From positions 280,131-344,130 of the forward strand of contig CAWHSS010000003.1 of the NCBI GenBank assembly GCA_963832105.1: 64,000 nt of DNA. Reading direction: 5' to 3'. The notes under the pieces are model-generated. The model ran no database searches and had not been told where the DNA came from. It was given only the letters and a program-made list of their open reading frames with translations. Of this stretch, positions 37,396-49,272 are shown piece by piece (within the stretch, counting starts at the first letter, position 1; the number at the start of each line of letters is the position of its first letter). The translations under genes were made by a program, and so were the position numbers. Origin of the DNA: an uncultured Chloroflexia bacterium. GTDB lineage: Bacteria; Chloroflexota; Limnocylindria; Limnocylindrales; CSP1-4.

Positions 37396-40059
37396 CAGGC
37401 GCCGACCTCGGCGGGTTGGGCCGCATCGATACCGAACCGGATGGCCGGCGCCGCCGGCCGTTCGAGGGCCATCGCGGCCTCGATGGCGCTCGCTTCGACG
37501 GCGCGAGCGAAGTAGAAGCCCTGGCCAAGCTCACAGCCGAGACCGCGCAGCCGGTCGGCCTGGGCCGCCTCCTCGATGCCCTCGGCGATGATCCGCAACC
37601 CCAGCGTGTGGCCGAGAGCGACGATCGCGTGGGCGAACGCCCATTCGTCCGCGTCCCGATCCGACGGCACGACGAACTCGCGGGCGATCTTCAGGATGTC
37701 GACCGGGAAGCGGCGCAGGTATCCCAGCGATGAGTAGCCGGTCCCGAAGTCATCGAGGGCGATCCGGACGCCGAGCCGCTTGAGCGACGCCAGCTTGGCG
37801 ATCGTCGTCTCGGTGTCCTGGAACATCGCGGTCTCGGTCAGCTCGACGACGAGCCGCTCCGGGGCTAGCCCGGTCGCCTTGAGGATCGACTCGATCTCGG
37901 CGATGAACTCGGCCTGCTGCAGCTGGACCGGCGAGAGGTTGACGCTGAGGAAGAAGTCGGGCGCAAGGCCGGGGCCGCGCTCCCAGGCGGCGACCTGCTC
38001 GCAGGCCTCGGCCATGACCCACCGACCGAGGGTCAGGATCAGCCCGTTCTCCTCGGCCAGGGGGATGAATTCGTCGGGCGACACGAGGCCACGGGTCGGG
38101 TGACGCCAGCGGACGAGGGCCTCGGCGCCCGCGATCCTGCCCGTATCGAGCTCCACGATCGGCTGGTAGAACACCGCGAGCTCCCCGCGGCCCATGCTCC
38201 GCTTCAGTTCGGCCGACAGGGCGTGGCGGGCGACGATCGCCGCGTGCATCGTCGGTTCGAAGACGGCGGCCCGGCGCTTGCCGGCTGCCTTGGCGGTGTA
38301 CATCGCGACGTCGGCGTTCCGGAGCAGCTCGTCGGCATGCTCGCCGATGCCCGCGGGCAACGGCGATGCCGATGCTGCCCCCGATCGAGATCTCCTGGCC
38401 CTGGATCGGGAACGAGACCTGCAGCGCGTCGATCATGCGCTTCGCGACGGCGAGGGCACGCTCCAGCTCGACCTCGTCCGTCAGGAGGACAGCGAACTCG
38501 TCGCCGCCGAGCCGGGCCGCCAGGTCGTCCGATCGGACGCAGCCGCGGATCCGGTCCGCGACCGCGGCGAGGAGCCGGTCGCCGGCCGCGTGGCCGAGCG
38601 TGTCGTTGACGATCTTGAAGTCGTCGAGGTCGAGGAAGAGCACGACCGTGCAGAGCCCCTCCCGCGGGGCGATGAGCTGCTCCTCGACGCGCTCGGCGAA
38701 GAGGGCGCGGTTGGCCAACCCGGTGAGCGGGTCGTGATAGGCCTGGTGCCGGAGCTCCTCCTTGAGCCGCGACAGCTCGGCGAGCGACTGCTCGAGCTGG
38801 CCGTTCTCGAGGGCGACCGCCGCCTGGTTGGCGAGGGTCTCGAGGAGGCGGAGATCGTCCTCGTCGAAGCTCGTGCCTTCGGTCAGCCGGTTGGCCACCG
38901 TCATCGAGCCGATCAGCCCGGACTCGGTGATCAGCGGGCTGACCATCGCCTGGCGGATGGGCGGACCCGTGCGCGTTCGCTCAGCGGCGACGGCGCTGAA
39001 GAACCCCTTGCGCTCGGCGGCGACGCGGGCATGGATCGGGTCGTCCGCGGCGATCTTCATCGGCACCATCGCCGTCGGGACCTCGTCCTGGATCGACGTC
39101 GTCCGAAGCGACTCGCCGCCCTCGCCGCGAGCGTAGAGGGTGACCTCGGCGATCTCCGCCCGGAACATCGCGCGGGCGTGGTCGAGCAGCGCGATGAGCG
39201 CCGAATCGAGCTCCGGCGAGTGCTGCATGATCCGGCTCGATTGGTAGAGCAGCTCGAGGCGGTCGTGCTTCTCGCGCTCGGAGATGTAGGCGCGGTAGGC
39301 GAGGAAGAGCGTCGCCAGCGGCACGATCAGCAGCCAGACGGCCAGCGGGTCGATCCACATCACGGAGATCGCGAGCAGCGCCAGGCTCGTGTTGGCGAGG
39401 GCGACCATGCCCCCGAACTTGAGCATCTCGGGCAGCTTCTGGAACTGCGGCGCGCCACCGGACAGCGAGATCGCGGTCGCGATCGTCAGGGCTCCCAGCA
39501 GGCAGGCGACGAGCATCGCCGCGAACGCCGCGACCCAGTCCGCCGCGCCGGGCCGGCCGCTGAACGAACCGAGGCTGTGGAAGACGACGAGGGTCACCGT
39601 CGAGATGAACGCGAAGTTGGCGAGGTTGAACGCGACCTTCACGACCGACTGGCGCGCGGTCACGAGCAGGGCGACGGCAGAGCCGACGAGCACGGCCAGC
39701 AGGTACTCGTCCGGCGTCACGAAGAAGAGCCCGAGCACGGCCGGGATCTCGCTCAGCGAGAACGAGTGGGTCTCCCGCCGGAAGTGGACGAGGATCACCT
39801 TGGTCTCGACGGCCAGGAAGGCGACGGCCAGCAACGGCCACGGAACGGTGAACGGGCTCGCCACCGGCCGGAGGAACTGGACGTCGTCGACGTAGATGAG
39901 CAGCGCCAGGCAGCCGAGGGCGACCGTGAAGAGCCAGACCCGGGCCGCCGATGGCCGGACCTGTCGGGCGCCGAGCCCCACGACGAACCGACGCCATCGT
40001 GACGGGACGGGCTCGGTGCCGGGGCTGGTTGACTGCGGAGTTGGGGCGAGGGTGGGCAT
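37395..40059 (-). CDS. Membrane-bound c-di-GMP turnover protein with a multi-TM sensor, a GAF-like domain, GGDEF and EAL. There is one frameshift near 38355.
   Basis: About 8 TM helices at the N-terminus are followed by '[14 protein letters not shown]...[11 protein letters not shown]' (GGDEF). In a second frame come '[15 protein letters not shown]' and the EAL block '[11 protein letters not shown]...ELTET...[13 protein letters not shown]'. Confidence 0.9.
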
Positions 40060-40249
40060 CGCCGGCAGGCGTCTCTCGTGGCGGAGATGTGCGGTTGTTG
40101 GTAGTTCTACAGCGTGGAGCGACCGCGCGGCGCCCGCCAAAAGTACCTATTGGGGTAGTACCACCGGCCCTCGAGGCGCGGACCTCCGTTCCGAGGGGCC
40201 TCTGCTACCCTCTCCTCTCCACCAGCCCCCACGAACGAGCCGTCACGCC

Positions 40250-41689
40250 ATGACCCGACCCCGCACGATCGTCGAGAAGATCTGGGACGACCACGTCGTC
40301 AGCCAGGACCCGGGCGCGCCTGCGGTCCTCGCGGTCGATCTGCACCTCGTCCACGAGGTCACCTCGCCGCAGGCATTCTCCGGGCTTCGGTCCCGTGGCC
40401 TGACGGTCCGCAACCCGGAGCGGACCGTTGCGACGGCGGACCACTCGATCCCCACCCATCCGCGGAGCCTGCCGATGGCCGACCCGATGGCCGCGGCGCA
40501 GGTCGATCAGTTGACCCGCAACTGCGCCGAGTTCGGGATCCCGCTGCACGGCCTGGGCGACCCCGGCCAGGGCATCGTCCACGTCATCGGACCGCAGCTC
40601 GGGCTGACCCAGCCGGGGATGACGATCGTCTGCGGCGACTCGCACACGGCGACCCACGGAGCGTTCGGCGCGCTCGCGTTCGGGATCGGGACGAGCGAGG
40701 TCGAGATGGTCCTCGCCACCCAGACGCTCCTCCAGCGCGACCCGAAGACCTACGAGGTGCGCGTCGACGGCCGGCTCGATCACGGCGTGTCGGCCAAGGA
40801 CATCATCCTCGCGCTCATCGCCCGGATCGGCATCGGCGGTGGCACCGGCCACGTGTTCGAGTACACCGGCGATGCCATCCGGGCCCTGACGATGGAGCAG
40901 CGGATGACGATCTGCAACATGAGCATCGAGGGCGGCGCGCGGGCCGGGCTGATCGCGCCGGACGACACCACGTTCGAGTATGTCGAGGGGCGGACCCACG
41001 CGCCGCAGGGCGCCGACTGGGACGCTGCCCTCGCCCACTGGCGCACGCTCCCGACCGACGCAGGCGCCACCTACGACAAGACGATCACGATCGACGCCGG
41101 CACCCTCGAGCCGATGGTGACCTACGGCACGAACCCCGGCATGGGGATCCCGATCACCTCGCGCGTGCCGGACCCCGAGTCCCAGGCCGACCCTGCCGCG
41201 CGGCGCGCCCTCGAGCGCGCCCTCGAGTACATGGACCTCACGCCCGGCCAGGAGATCCTCGGCCAGAAGGTCGACGTGGTCTTCGTCGGGTCGTGCACGA
41301 ACGGCCGGATCAGCGACCTCCGCCTCGCTGCCTCCGTCCTCAAGGATCGCCACGTCGCGGACGGCGTCCGGGTGATGATCGTCCCGGGCTCCGACGAGGT
41401 GAAGCGCGAGGCCGAGCGCGAGGGTCTCCACGAGATCTTCCGCGCCGCCGGCGCCGACTGGCGCGAGGCGGGCTGCTCGATGTGCATCGCGATGAACGGC
41501 GACCAGCTGTCACCCGGCCAGTACGCGATCTCCACCTCGAACCGCAACTTCGAGGGGCGCCAGGGGAAGGGCGGCCGGACGTTCCTGGCCTCACCGCTGA
41601 CCGCGGCGGCGTCCGCGATCGCCGGCGTTGTCGCGGATCCTCGCCGGCTGCCGGGGATCGAATCCATTGCCCCGGTTGGTGGCCGCTGA
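40250..41689 (+). CDS. leuC: 3-isopropylmalate dehydratase large subunit.
   Basis: The ORF is intact at 479 aa. '[11 protein letters not shown]...[15 protein letters not shown]...[23 protein letters not shown]...[11 protein letters not shown]' are present. Confidence 0.95.
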   Translation: MTRPRTIVEKIWDDHVVSQDPGAPAVLAVDLHLVHEVTSPQAFSGLRSRGLTVRNPERTVATADHSIPTHPRSLPMADPMAAAQVDQLTRNCAEFGIPLHGLGDPGQGIVHVIGPQLGLTQPGMTIVCGDSHTATHGAFGALAFGIGTSEVEMVLATQTLLQRDPKTYEVRVDGRLDHGVSAKDIILALIARIGIGGGTGHVFEYTGDAIRALTMEQRMTICNMSIEGGARAGLIAPDDTTFEYVEGRTHAPQGADWDAALAHWRTLPTDAGATYDKTITIDAGTLEPMVTYGTNPGMGIPITSRVPDPESQADPAARRALERALEYMDLTPGQEILGQKVDVVFVGSCTNGRISDLRLAASVLKDRHVADGVRVMIVPGSDEVKREAEREGLHEIFRAAGADWREAGCSMCIAMNGDQLSPGQYAISTSNRNFEGRQGKGGRTFLASPLTAAASAIAGVVADPRRLPGIESIAPVGGR

Positions 41690-41690
41690 C

Positions 41691-42384
41691 GTGTCCGAGC
41701 CGTTCGAGACGTTCACGAGCCGCGTCGTGCCACTCCCGGCGGAGAACGTCGACACCGACCAGATCGTCCCGGCCCGCTATCTCAAGGTGACCGACAAGGA
41801 CGGGCTCGCGGAGGCACTCTTCCGCGACTGGCGGTACGACGAGGACGGCTCGCTCAAGGTGCCGCGCTTCGTCCTGGACCGGCCCGACATGTTCGGCCGG
41901 AAGATCCTCCTCGTCGGCGACAACTTCGGGGCGGGCTCATCGCGCGAGCACGCGCCGTGGGCGCTGACTGCGTGGGGCATCCGGGCGATCCTGTCGACGT
42001 CCTTTGCCGACATCTTCCGCAGCAATTGCCTGAAGAACGGTCTCCTGCCGATCGTGGTCGAGGCCGAGAAGCACCGCCAGCTGTTCGAGATGGTCGCGAC
42101 CGACCCGGACACCGAGCTGACCGTCGATCTGGAGGCCCAGGTCGTCCACCTGCCGGGCGACGAGGACCTGCCGTTCGACGTCGACCCGTTCGCCCGGATG
42201 ATGCTGCTGGCCGGCACCGACGAATTGGGCTATCTCCTCGGCAAGACGGCCGAGATCGATGCGTGGAACGCGGAGCATCCCGCGCGCGTGGACACCGCGC
42301 GCCGGCGCCGCGAGCCCGCTCGACCAGCGCCGCGGACCGCCGGAGCGGAACCACCCGGGCGAACCCGTCGTCTCCGCGCCATGA
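41691..42384 (+). CDS. leuD: 3-isopropylmalate dehydratase small subunit. As assembled, the ORF lacks its own stop and runs into the next gene.
   Basis: The GTG at 41691 lies 1 nt after the leuC stop. 'VDTDQIVPARYLK...LVGDNFGAGSSREHAPWAL...GIRAILSTSFADIFRSNCLKNGLLPI' is present. A 2-nt slip in the (GC)n run near 42280 would give a stop at 42382-42384 that overlaps the next ATG. Confidence 0.85.
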
Positions 42385-42962
42385 ACACAACCCCCGGCCT
42401 CTCCCGGCCTCTCGTCCTGTCGGCGCTTGCCGCCATCCTCACGATCGGTGCCTGCGCCGGCGCCGCGGCACCTGCCGCTTCATCGCCACCCTCCTCACCG
42501 CCGTCCGCCAGTCCGTCGCCATCAGCCCCGACCGACCTCCCGGGCGGCGGCGGCTCGTCCGGCGATCCGGGGACGGGCATCGGTGGCCCGGTCGATCCGG
42601 CACCCGTCGATCCGGGCACCGGCCAGGCCCAGCTCGTCATACCGAAACCCGGGCAGCTCAACCCGCGACCGCTTCCGGCGGCCACGCTCGAGGCGACGGT
42701 CGACGGCCGGCGGGTCCTCGTCAAGGCAACGTGGTGGAGCGGGATCGAGCCCTGCAACGTCCTCGATTCGGTCAAGGTCGAACGGTCGGGTACCGCCTTC
42801 GCGATCACCCTGATCGAAGGAACCGGCGACCCGAACGCGATCTGCATCGAGATCGCGATGCAGAAGGCGACGATCGTCGACCTCGGCGAGCTCGAGCCCG
42901 GCACCTACACGATCAGCTCGCCCGGTGGCGACGCGACTCCGGTCACCGTCACCGTCAGCTGA
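42381..42962 (+). CDS. Putative lipoprotein of unknown function.
   Basis: 'LVLSALAAILTIGACAG' is lipobox-like. It is followed by a Ser/Pro/Gly linker and a ~110-aa beta-rich domain. Confidence 0.55.
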   Translation: MNTTPGLSRPLVLSALAAILTIGACAGAAAPAASSPPSSPPSASPSPSAPTDLPGGGGSSGDPGTGIGGPVDPAPVDPGTGQAQLVIPKPGQLNPRPLPAATLEATVDGRRVLVKATWWSGIEPCNVLDSVKVERSGTAFAITLIEGTGDPNAICIEIAMQKATIVDLGELEPGTYTISSPGGDATPVTVTVS

Positions 42963-43019
42963 GGCCGTCAGGGGCCGGCCGCCGCGGGCCTGCGCCGCGA
43001 CGCCATACCTAGCCGCAAA

Positions 43020-43048
43020 GAGCCGGCTCCGACGTTCGGAGCCGGCTC
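43020..43048 (+). terminator. Hairpin terminator candidate after the lipoprotein gene.
   Basis: GAGCCGGCTCCGA-CGT-TCGGAGCCGGCTC forms a 13-bp stem. There is no clear U-tract. Confidence 0.45.
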
Positions 43049-43064
43049 GTCCATACTTGCCGAG

Positions 43065-44241
43065 GTGAACCTGTTCGACCTCGTGGTGGTCGTCATCCTG
43101 ATCGTCGCGCTGGTGGTCGGGTTCCGCTCCGGGGCAGTGCCGCAAATGGTCGGGCTCCTCGGCGCGGTCGCCTTCGGCGGCGTCGCCGTCATCGCGCTGC
43201 CAGCCCTCGAAGACACCCTCGCGCTGATGGAGCCGTCGATCCGAGCGTTCGTCGTGCTGGTCGGAATCCTGTTCAGCGTGGGGGTTGGCGAGGCGATCGG
43301 ATCGGCTATCGGGCGATCGGTCGCGCGTCGACTCGGCGAAGGCATCTACGGCAAGGCCGATCGGGTTCTTGGCGCGTTCGTCGGGGCGGCCCAGGCCCTC
43401 CTCATCATCTGGCTCACCGGCGGCCTTCTCGCGGCGGGACCGAGCCCGACACTCGCCGCCCAGGCCCAGAAGTCGTTCGTGCTCCGCGGGCTCACGGGCC
43501 TCCTGCCGGCGCCGACGGAGATGGCCGGTGAGCTCGCCCGGCTCCTCAATAACACCGCTCTCCCGGATCTCTTCATCGGCCTCGAGCCGATCCCGGCCGC
43601 GCCCGTCGAGCTACCCGACGATCCGCTCGTCAGGCAACTCGCGCGCGAAGCCCTCCCGAGCGTCGTCAAGGTGACCGCGTCGACGTGCGATGCGGTGTCC
43701 CTCGGCACTGGGTTCGTCGTCGAGCGCGGCTACGTCGTGACGAACGCCCACGTCGTCGCCGGGGCGCGGAGCGATCCGGGTCTCGATCGAGGATGAGCTC
43801 TTCGACATGATCCCCGTGCTGTTCGACTCGGAGGTCGACGTCGCGCTCCTCTACTCGTCCCAGCTGAGGGCGCCGGCACTGCCTCTGTCCCTGACCGACC
43901 CCGAGCGCGGCGACATCGGCGCGACGTTCGGATTTCCCGGCGGCGGCGCCCTCGACGTCCAGCCTGCCGCGGTCGCCAGCGCGTACGAGGCGACCGGGCG
44001 AGACATCTACAGCAAGAGGCGGGTCACAAGGTCGATCCTGGAGATCAGGGCGGAGATCGACCAGGGCGACAGCGGCGGGCCCCTCGTCCTCGCCAACGGC
44101 ACGGTCGGCGGCGTGGTGTTCGCCGAGGCCCGCACCGACGAGCAGGTGGGCTACGCGCTGACACCGTCCTCGGTCCGCGACGCGATCGAGCCTGCCCTCG
44201 GGAAGACGAGCAACGTCAAGCTCGGAGCCTGCATCCACTGA
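43065..44241 (+). CDS. MarP-like protein: a CvpA-family membrane domain fused to a trypsin-like serine protease. There is one frameshift at the G-run 43760-43763.
   Basis: Four TM helices are followed by 'VKVTASTCDAVSLGTGFVVERGYVVTNAHVVAG'. In a second frame come 'DVALLY...' and 'IDQGDSGGPLV'. Confidence 0.7.
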
Positions 44242-44276
44242 CCGGTCGCCGCATTGGCCGTCCATGGCCGCGTCGC

Positions 44277-44433
44277 GGTGGAACGTGGGGCGTTCACATG
44301 AGACCAGATAGCCGACGAGGAGGGCCGGTAATGCACGGTTTGGCACGCCCCACGTGCAGGACCCGACCGAATCGGCCTGGACGGGCTCCGAGAGCAGCGG
44401 AACGCGTCCCATGTGAACGTGGGGCGTTCCAAG
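44277..44433 (+). promoter_or_regulatory. Inverted-repeat-bounded element in the 273-nt ilvD upstream region with three stem-N5-stem palindromes.
   Basis: GAACGTGGGGCGTTC occurs at 44281-44295 and 44415-44429, and GCACGCCCCACGTGC at 44343-44357. GTTCACATG (44292-44300) is the exact reverse complement of CATGTGAAC (44410-44418). Confidence 0.7.
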
Positions 44434-44514
44434 AGGCCGGGTTCGCGGCCGCGTGGTGAGCAGCGTGCCGCATAACTTGTCACTCGCGAGGTATACGCCA
44501 GAGGGTGCCCTTCC

Positions 44515-46245
44515 ATGCCCGATCTTCCGAACAGCACTCCATCCGATCCCGCCAAGCGCCATTCCGCCGCCCTGACCGACGGCCCAGACCGGGCCGGCGC
44601 GCGGGCGATGCTCAAGGCGGTCGGCTTCACCGACGAAGACCTCGCCAAGCCGCTCGTCGGGGTGGCGACGACATGGATCGAGACGATGCCGTGCAACCTC
44701 AACCAGCGGCGGCTCGCGGAGCACGTCAAGGAAGGCATCCGCGCGGCCGGCGGGACGCCGATGGAGTTCAACACGGTCTCGGTCAGCGACGGCGTGACGA
44801 TGGGCACCGAGGGGATGAAGGCGTCACTCATCAGCCGGGAGGTCATCGCCGACTCGATCGAGCTCGTCGTCCGCGGCCATCTGCTCGACGGCGTCGTGTG
44901 CCTCGTCGGTTGCGACAAGACGATGCCCGGCGCAGCGATGGCCCTCGCCCGCCTCGACGTTCCCGGCCTCGCCCTCTACAACGGGACGATCTACCCCGGC
45001 GTCTACAAGGGCCGCAACATCGACGTCGTCAGCGTGTACGAGGCGATCGGCGCGTATCGGGCCGGGAAGATCACGCTCGACGAGCTCACCGGGATCGAAA
45101 ATGCCGCCTGTCCGGGCGCGGGAGCCTGTGGCGGGCAGTACACGGCCAACACGATGAGCATGGTCCTCGAGTTCATCGGTCTCTCGCCGGCTGGCCTCAA
45201 CGGCATCCCGGCCGAGGACCCGAAGAAGGACGAGGCGGCGCACCGAACCGGTGAGCTCGTGATGGATCTCGTGCGCGCTGACACTCGGCCGTCGTCGATC
45301 GTCACCCAGGCGGCACTCGAAAACGGCATCGCGTCGGTCGCCGCGACGGGCGGCTCGACCAACGGCGTGCTGCATCTCCTGGCGATCGCCCACGAATTCG
45401 GGATCGCCCTCGACATCGACCAGTTCGGGGTCGTCGCGGACCGGACGCCGGTCGTCGCCGACATGAAGCCGGGCGGTCGGTTCTCCGCATCGGAGATGTA
45501 CGACGCCGGCGGCGTCGCCCTCGTCATGCGCGAGCTCCTCAAGAAGGGCCTGCTCCACGGCGACGAGGTGACGGTCGACGGCCGAACCATCGCCGAGATC
45601 GCCGCGGCCGCCGTCGAGACCCCCGGCCAGGAAGTCGTGGTCCCGATCGATCGGCCGCTCAAGCCGACCGGCGGCCTGGCCATCCTCCGCGGCTCCCTCG
45701 CGCCGGACGGCTGTGTCGTGAAGCTCGCCGGCCACGAGCGGCGGGAGCACCGCGGCCCGGCTCGCGTCTTCGACTCGGAGACGGCCTGCTACGAGGCCGT
45801 GCGTGCCCAGCGGATCAAGCCCGGCGACGTCGTCGTGATCCGCTACGAGGGTCCGGTCGGCGGACCCGGGATGCAGGAGATGCTCGCCGTCACCGGCGCA
45901 CTCGTCGGTGAGGGCCTGGGTGACTCGGTCGCGCTCATCACCGACGGCCGGTTCTCGGGCGGGACCCACGGGCTGATGATCGGCCACATCGCGCCGGAGG
46001 CCGCGCTCGGCGGCCCGATCGGGCTCATCGAGGACGGCGACGAGATCGTGATCGACGTCGACCGCAAGGCGCTCGATCTCAACGTCCCGGACGCGACCCT
46101 GGCGGAGCGGCGCGCTAGCTGGAAGCCGCGGCCGCCGCAATACACCGGCGGCGTCCTCGCGAAGTACGCCGCGCTCGTGAGCACCGCGTCGGAGGGTGCG
46201 GTGACGACCGGCTCGCGGCTGGCGTCGTTGCTGGCCCGCCACTGA
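44515..46245 (+). CDS. ilvD: Dihydroxy-acid dehydratase.
   Basis: The ORF is intact at 576 aa. '[34 protein letters not shown]...[20 protein letters not shown]...[16 protein letters not shown]...[14 protein letters not shown]' are present. Confidence 0.95.
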   Translation: MPDLPNSTPSDPAKRHSAALTDGPDRAGARAMLKAVGFTDEDLAKPLVGVATTWIETMPCNLNQRRLAEHVKEGIRAAGGTPMEFNTVSVSDGVTMGTEGMKASLISREVIADSIELVVRGHLLDGVVCLVGCDKTMPGAAMALARLDVPGLALYNGTIYPGVYKGRNIDVVSVYEAIGAYRAGKITLDELTGIENAACPGAGACGGQYTANTMSMVLEFIGLSPAGLNGIPAEDPKKDEAAHRTGELVMDLVRADTRPSSIVTQAALENGIASVAATGGSTNGVLHLLAIAHEFGIALDIDQFGVVADRTPVVADMKPGGRFSASEMYDAGGVALVMRELLKKGLLHGDEVTVDGRTIAEIAAAAVETPGQEVVVPIDRPLKPTGGLAILRGSLAPDGCVVKLAGHERREHRGPARVFDSETACYEAVRAQRIKPGDVVVIRYEGPVGGPGMQEMLAVTGALVGEGLGDSVALITDGRFSGGTHGLMIGHIAPEAALGGPIGLIEDGDEIVIDVDRKALDLNVPDATLAERRASWKPRPPQYTGGVLAKYAALVSTASEGAVTTGSRLASLLARH

Positions 46246-47151
46246 TGACGGAACCCGGCGGCGCGACTCGAGTCTCGATCGGCTTCAAGACCTCGCCGCA
46301 GGGCGTCGACTGGCCGACGCTCGACGCGACGTGGGCACGCGCGGGCGAGCTCGGGGTGTTCGACTCGGGCTGGATGAACGACCACATCACCGATCCCAAC
46401 CTCGAACGCGGCGGCTCGAGCTGGGAGGCGCTCAGCGCGATGACCGCCCTCGTCCACCACGTGCCAGGCATGACCGTGGGGCACGGCGTCCTGTCGAACA
46501 CGTTCCGCCACCCGGTGATCCTGGCCAAGGCCGCCACGTTCCTCGACCATGCGACCGGCGGCCGCTTCATCGTCGGGCTCGGCGCGGGCTGGCACGAGGG
46601 TGAGCACGTGCCGTTCGGTATCCCGTTGCCGCCGATGCCTGAGCGATTCGATCGGTTCGAGTCGGCCTTCCACACGATCAAGGCGCTGTTCAGCGACGCC
46701 GCCGCCACCGACGCCGGCGTCTCGCGGCCCGACCCGTTCTACCCGCTCGACGGGGCGACGAACCTGCCACCAACGCTGACGCCCGGCGGGCCGCCGATCT
46801 GGCTCGGCGGCCAGAAGCGACGCGGCCTGGCGCTCGTCGCCCGCCACGGCAACGGCTGGATGCTGCCCGCGATCCCCGACCCCGACATCCCCTACTTCAG
46901 CGAGAAGCGCGATGGGATCCTCGCCGCGATGGCCGATGCCGGCCGCGACCCGGCAGGGTTCGCCTTCGCGGCCCAGGTCGCGACCGGGACGACGTCCGAA
47001 ACGACGGCGCGCGGCCGTCGACGGCGCCCTCGCATTCGCCCGCGCCGGGGCGACCCACCTCGTCCTCGGCATGCCGGCGCGACTCGGGCCGGACGGGCTC
47101 ACCGCGGTCGCCCGCGAGGTCGCCGATCCGATCCGCGAGGCCCTCGGGTGA
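46245..47151 (+). CDS. Luciferase-like monooxygenase (LLM) family oxidoreductase, probably F420-dependent. There is one frameshift near 47005.
   Basis: 'GWMNDHI...LSNTFRHPVILAKAATFLDHATGGRFIVGLGAGWHEGEH' is followed, in a second frame, by 'AAVDGALAFARAGATHLVLGMP'. The start shares 1 nt with the ilvD stop. Confidence 0.7.
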
Positions 47152-47175
47152 GCGCGCAGAGCGATCGCGGAGGAG

Positions 47176-47442
47176 ATGGCGGCACTCCTGCCGGCGCCCC
47201 CGCGGCCGGCCGACTTGCCGCCGGACCCCGAGGCCTACGACTCCGAGCGAAATGCCCAGGCGCGCGCCCGCGGCCTCGCCGCTCCCTACATCGCCGGTGG
47301 TCGCGATCCGGAGCCGGACGCCGGCAGGCGCGAGGAACGCTTCTATGGCCGGCTGCTGCTCATCATGGTCGGGGTGATCGTGGCGAGCGGGTTCGTGCTC
47401 GGGATCATCGCCAACATCATCGGCGCGCTGGGCGCGAGATGA
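47176..47442 (+). CDS. Small C-terminally TM-anchored hypothetical protein (88 aa).
   Basis: There is a hydrophobic helix 'LLLIMVGVIVASGFVLGIIANIIGAL'. The stop overlaps the next ATG (ATGA). Confidence 0.4.
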   Translation: MAALLPAPPRPADLPPDPEAYDSERNAQARARGLAAPYIAGGRDPEPDAGRREERFYGRLLLIMVGVIVASGFVLGIIANIIGALGAR

Positions 47443-48873
47443 CCTCCGAACGGTTGCCTTCCGCGGCGATCGACGCCGCCGACTGGGAACGCGCGGGGGA
47501 TGAGCTGGTCGAGACGCTCCGGGAGCTCATCCGCATCCCCTCGATCAACCCGCCGCCGGCCGACGCGAGCGACGGCGAGCTGCGCGTCGCGAACTGGATC
47601 GCGGCGTACCTTGCCGACGCAGGCCTCGAACCGGAAGTCCACGAACCCGTCCCGGGTCGTGGCTCGGTGACCGCGCGGCTGCGCGGCGACGGGACGGGCG
47701 GCGACCCGTTGCTGCTCCTCGGCCATCTCGACGTCGTGCCCGCGCCGCCGGAGCGCTGGACCCACGATCCGTTCGCCGGCGACGTCGCGGACGGCTACGT
47801 CTGGGGCCGCGGCGCCGTCGACATGAAGAACCTCGTGGCGATGGAGCTGTCGCGTCGTGCGACGACTCGCGGCGGAGGCCCGCGAGGCCGGACGCGACCC
47901 GTCGTCCGATCCGGTGCCCGGGCTGACCCGCGACATCCTGTTCGCGTCGACCGCCGACGAGGAGGCCGGCGGCCTCAACGGCATCGCGGTCCTCGTCCAG
48001 GAGCGACCGGAGCTGCTCCAGGCCGCCGGCGCGATCAACGAATCCGGCGCGGTCGCCACGACGTTCGGGGGCCGCCGCTTCTATCCGATCGGCGTGGCGG
48101 AGAAGGGCTATGCCGTCTACCGGATCAGCGTCCGCGGCACGTGGGGCCACGGCTCGATGCCGCGCGACGACAACGCCGCCGTTCTCGCCGCCCAGATCGT
48201 GGCGCGGCTCAACGTCCAGGGGCCGCCGCGACTCACCGCGACGATGGCGGAGTTCTTCCGCGGCGCGGCCGACAGCCTCGACGGGGAGGCGGCCCGGGTC
48301 CTCCGGGCGCTCGCCAGCGAGGATCCCCGACTCGCCGAGGCCGCGCTCGACGCGCTGTGCGAGCCGATGTCGGCGCGTGCAATCCGCGCCCTCCTCCGCG
48401 ACACGATCAGCCCGAACATCATCCACGCCGGCGTGAAGTACAACGTCATTCCCGGCGAGGCGACCGTCGAGATCGACTGCCGGGTCCTGCCCGGAACGAG
48501 CGAGGAGGCGATGCACGACGCGGTCGTCGCGCGCATCGGGCCGGAGCTGGCGGCCGCGTGCGACATCGACCTCGTCATCTTCGGGCCGCCAGTCGACGCG
48601 CCGGCCTCCGGACCTCTTTACGACGTCCTCGCCGCGACCGTCCGCGACCACGATCCGGACGGGATCCCGCTGCCGTTCATGGTCCCGTTCGCGACCGACG
48701 CGAAGCACACCGCGACCCTCGGCATCCCGACCTACGGGTTCTCGCCGCTCCGGCTCCACCCCGACGAGCGCTTCCTCGAGCGCTTTCACGGGGTCGACGA
48801 GCGGGTGGGCATCGACGCGCTGCGCTGGGGGCTGCCCGTCCTGTACGACGTCGTGCGCCGCTTCTGCGGCTAA
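47439..48873 (+). CDS. M20/M25/M40-family metallopeptidase. There is one frameshift near 47850.
   Basis: 'LIRIPSINPPP...LLLLGHLDVVPA...WTHDPFAGDVADGYVWGRGAVDMKN' is followed, in a second frame, by 'FASTADEEAGG...' and 'PFATDAKH'. Confidence 0.8.
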
Positions 48874-49053
48874 GGCGGCGACTGAGGCCGTCCGGACCGA
48901 TCGATAAGGTCCCCGCCGTCGGACGCTCCCAGGAATACGACGCTCTCCCTTATCGCCGTACGGCTAGGGCCCGATGGCAGGCGGCGGGCCACGAGGCGAG
49001 GATCGCTCCAATGGTGGCAGCTGGGTAGCCACCGATTGGAAGGGAGATCCTCG

Positions 49054-49245
49054 ATGGACCGGCAGGCTAGGCGCACCTACTTCGAGCGCCTGTGCAATCT
49101 TCGCAACTCATACGAAACGCTGGGCACCGACGACACGACGAGCGTCATCTCGATCGAGGCGATCATCGAGCACGCGATCAGCCTCCTCGAGCGACCCTCC
49201 TCGCCGATGATCGTGATGCTCGAAGGCTCGCCGGAGGCGAACTGA
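49054..49245 (+). CDS. Hypothetical small protein (63 aa).
   Basis: The RBS GGAAGGGAG lies 7 nt before the ATG at 49054. About 89% of codons end in G or C, like bona fide genes here. I recognise no family. Confidence 0.4.
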   Translation: MDRQARRTYFERLCNLRNSYETLGTDDTTSVISIEAIIEHAISLLERPSSPMIVMLEGSPEAN

Positions 49246-49272
49246 CAACCTCCGGACCGATCGCCTCGGTCA

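Noticed and set aside
41691-42962. An apparent LeuD-lipoprotein fusion ORF of 444 aa.
   Set aside because: The LeuD homology ends near 42280. An ATG with signal-peptide/lipobox features follows at 42381. A 2-nt slip in a (GC)n run restores a stop that overlaps that ATG. This is most likely an assembly indel and not a fusion.
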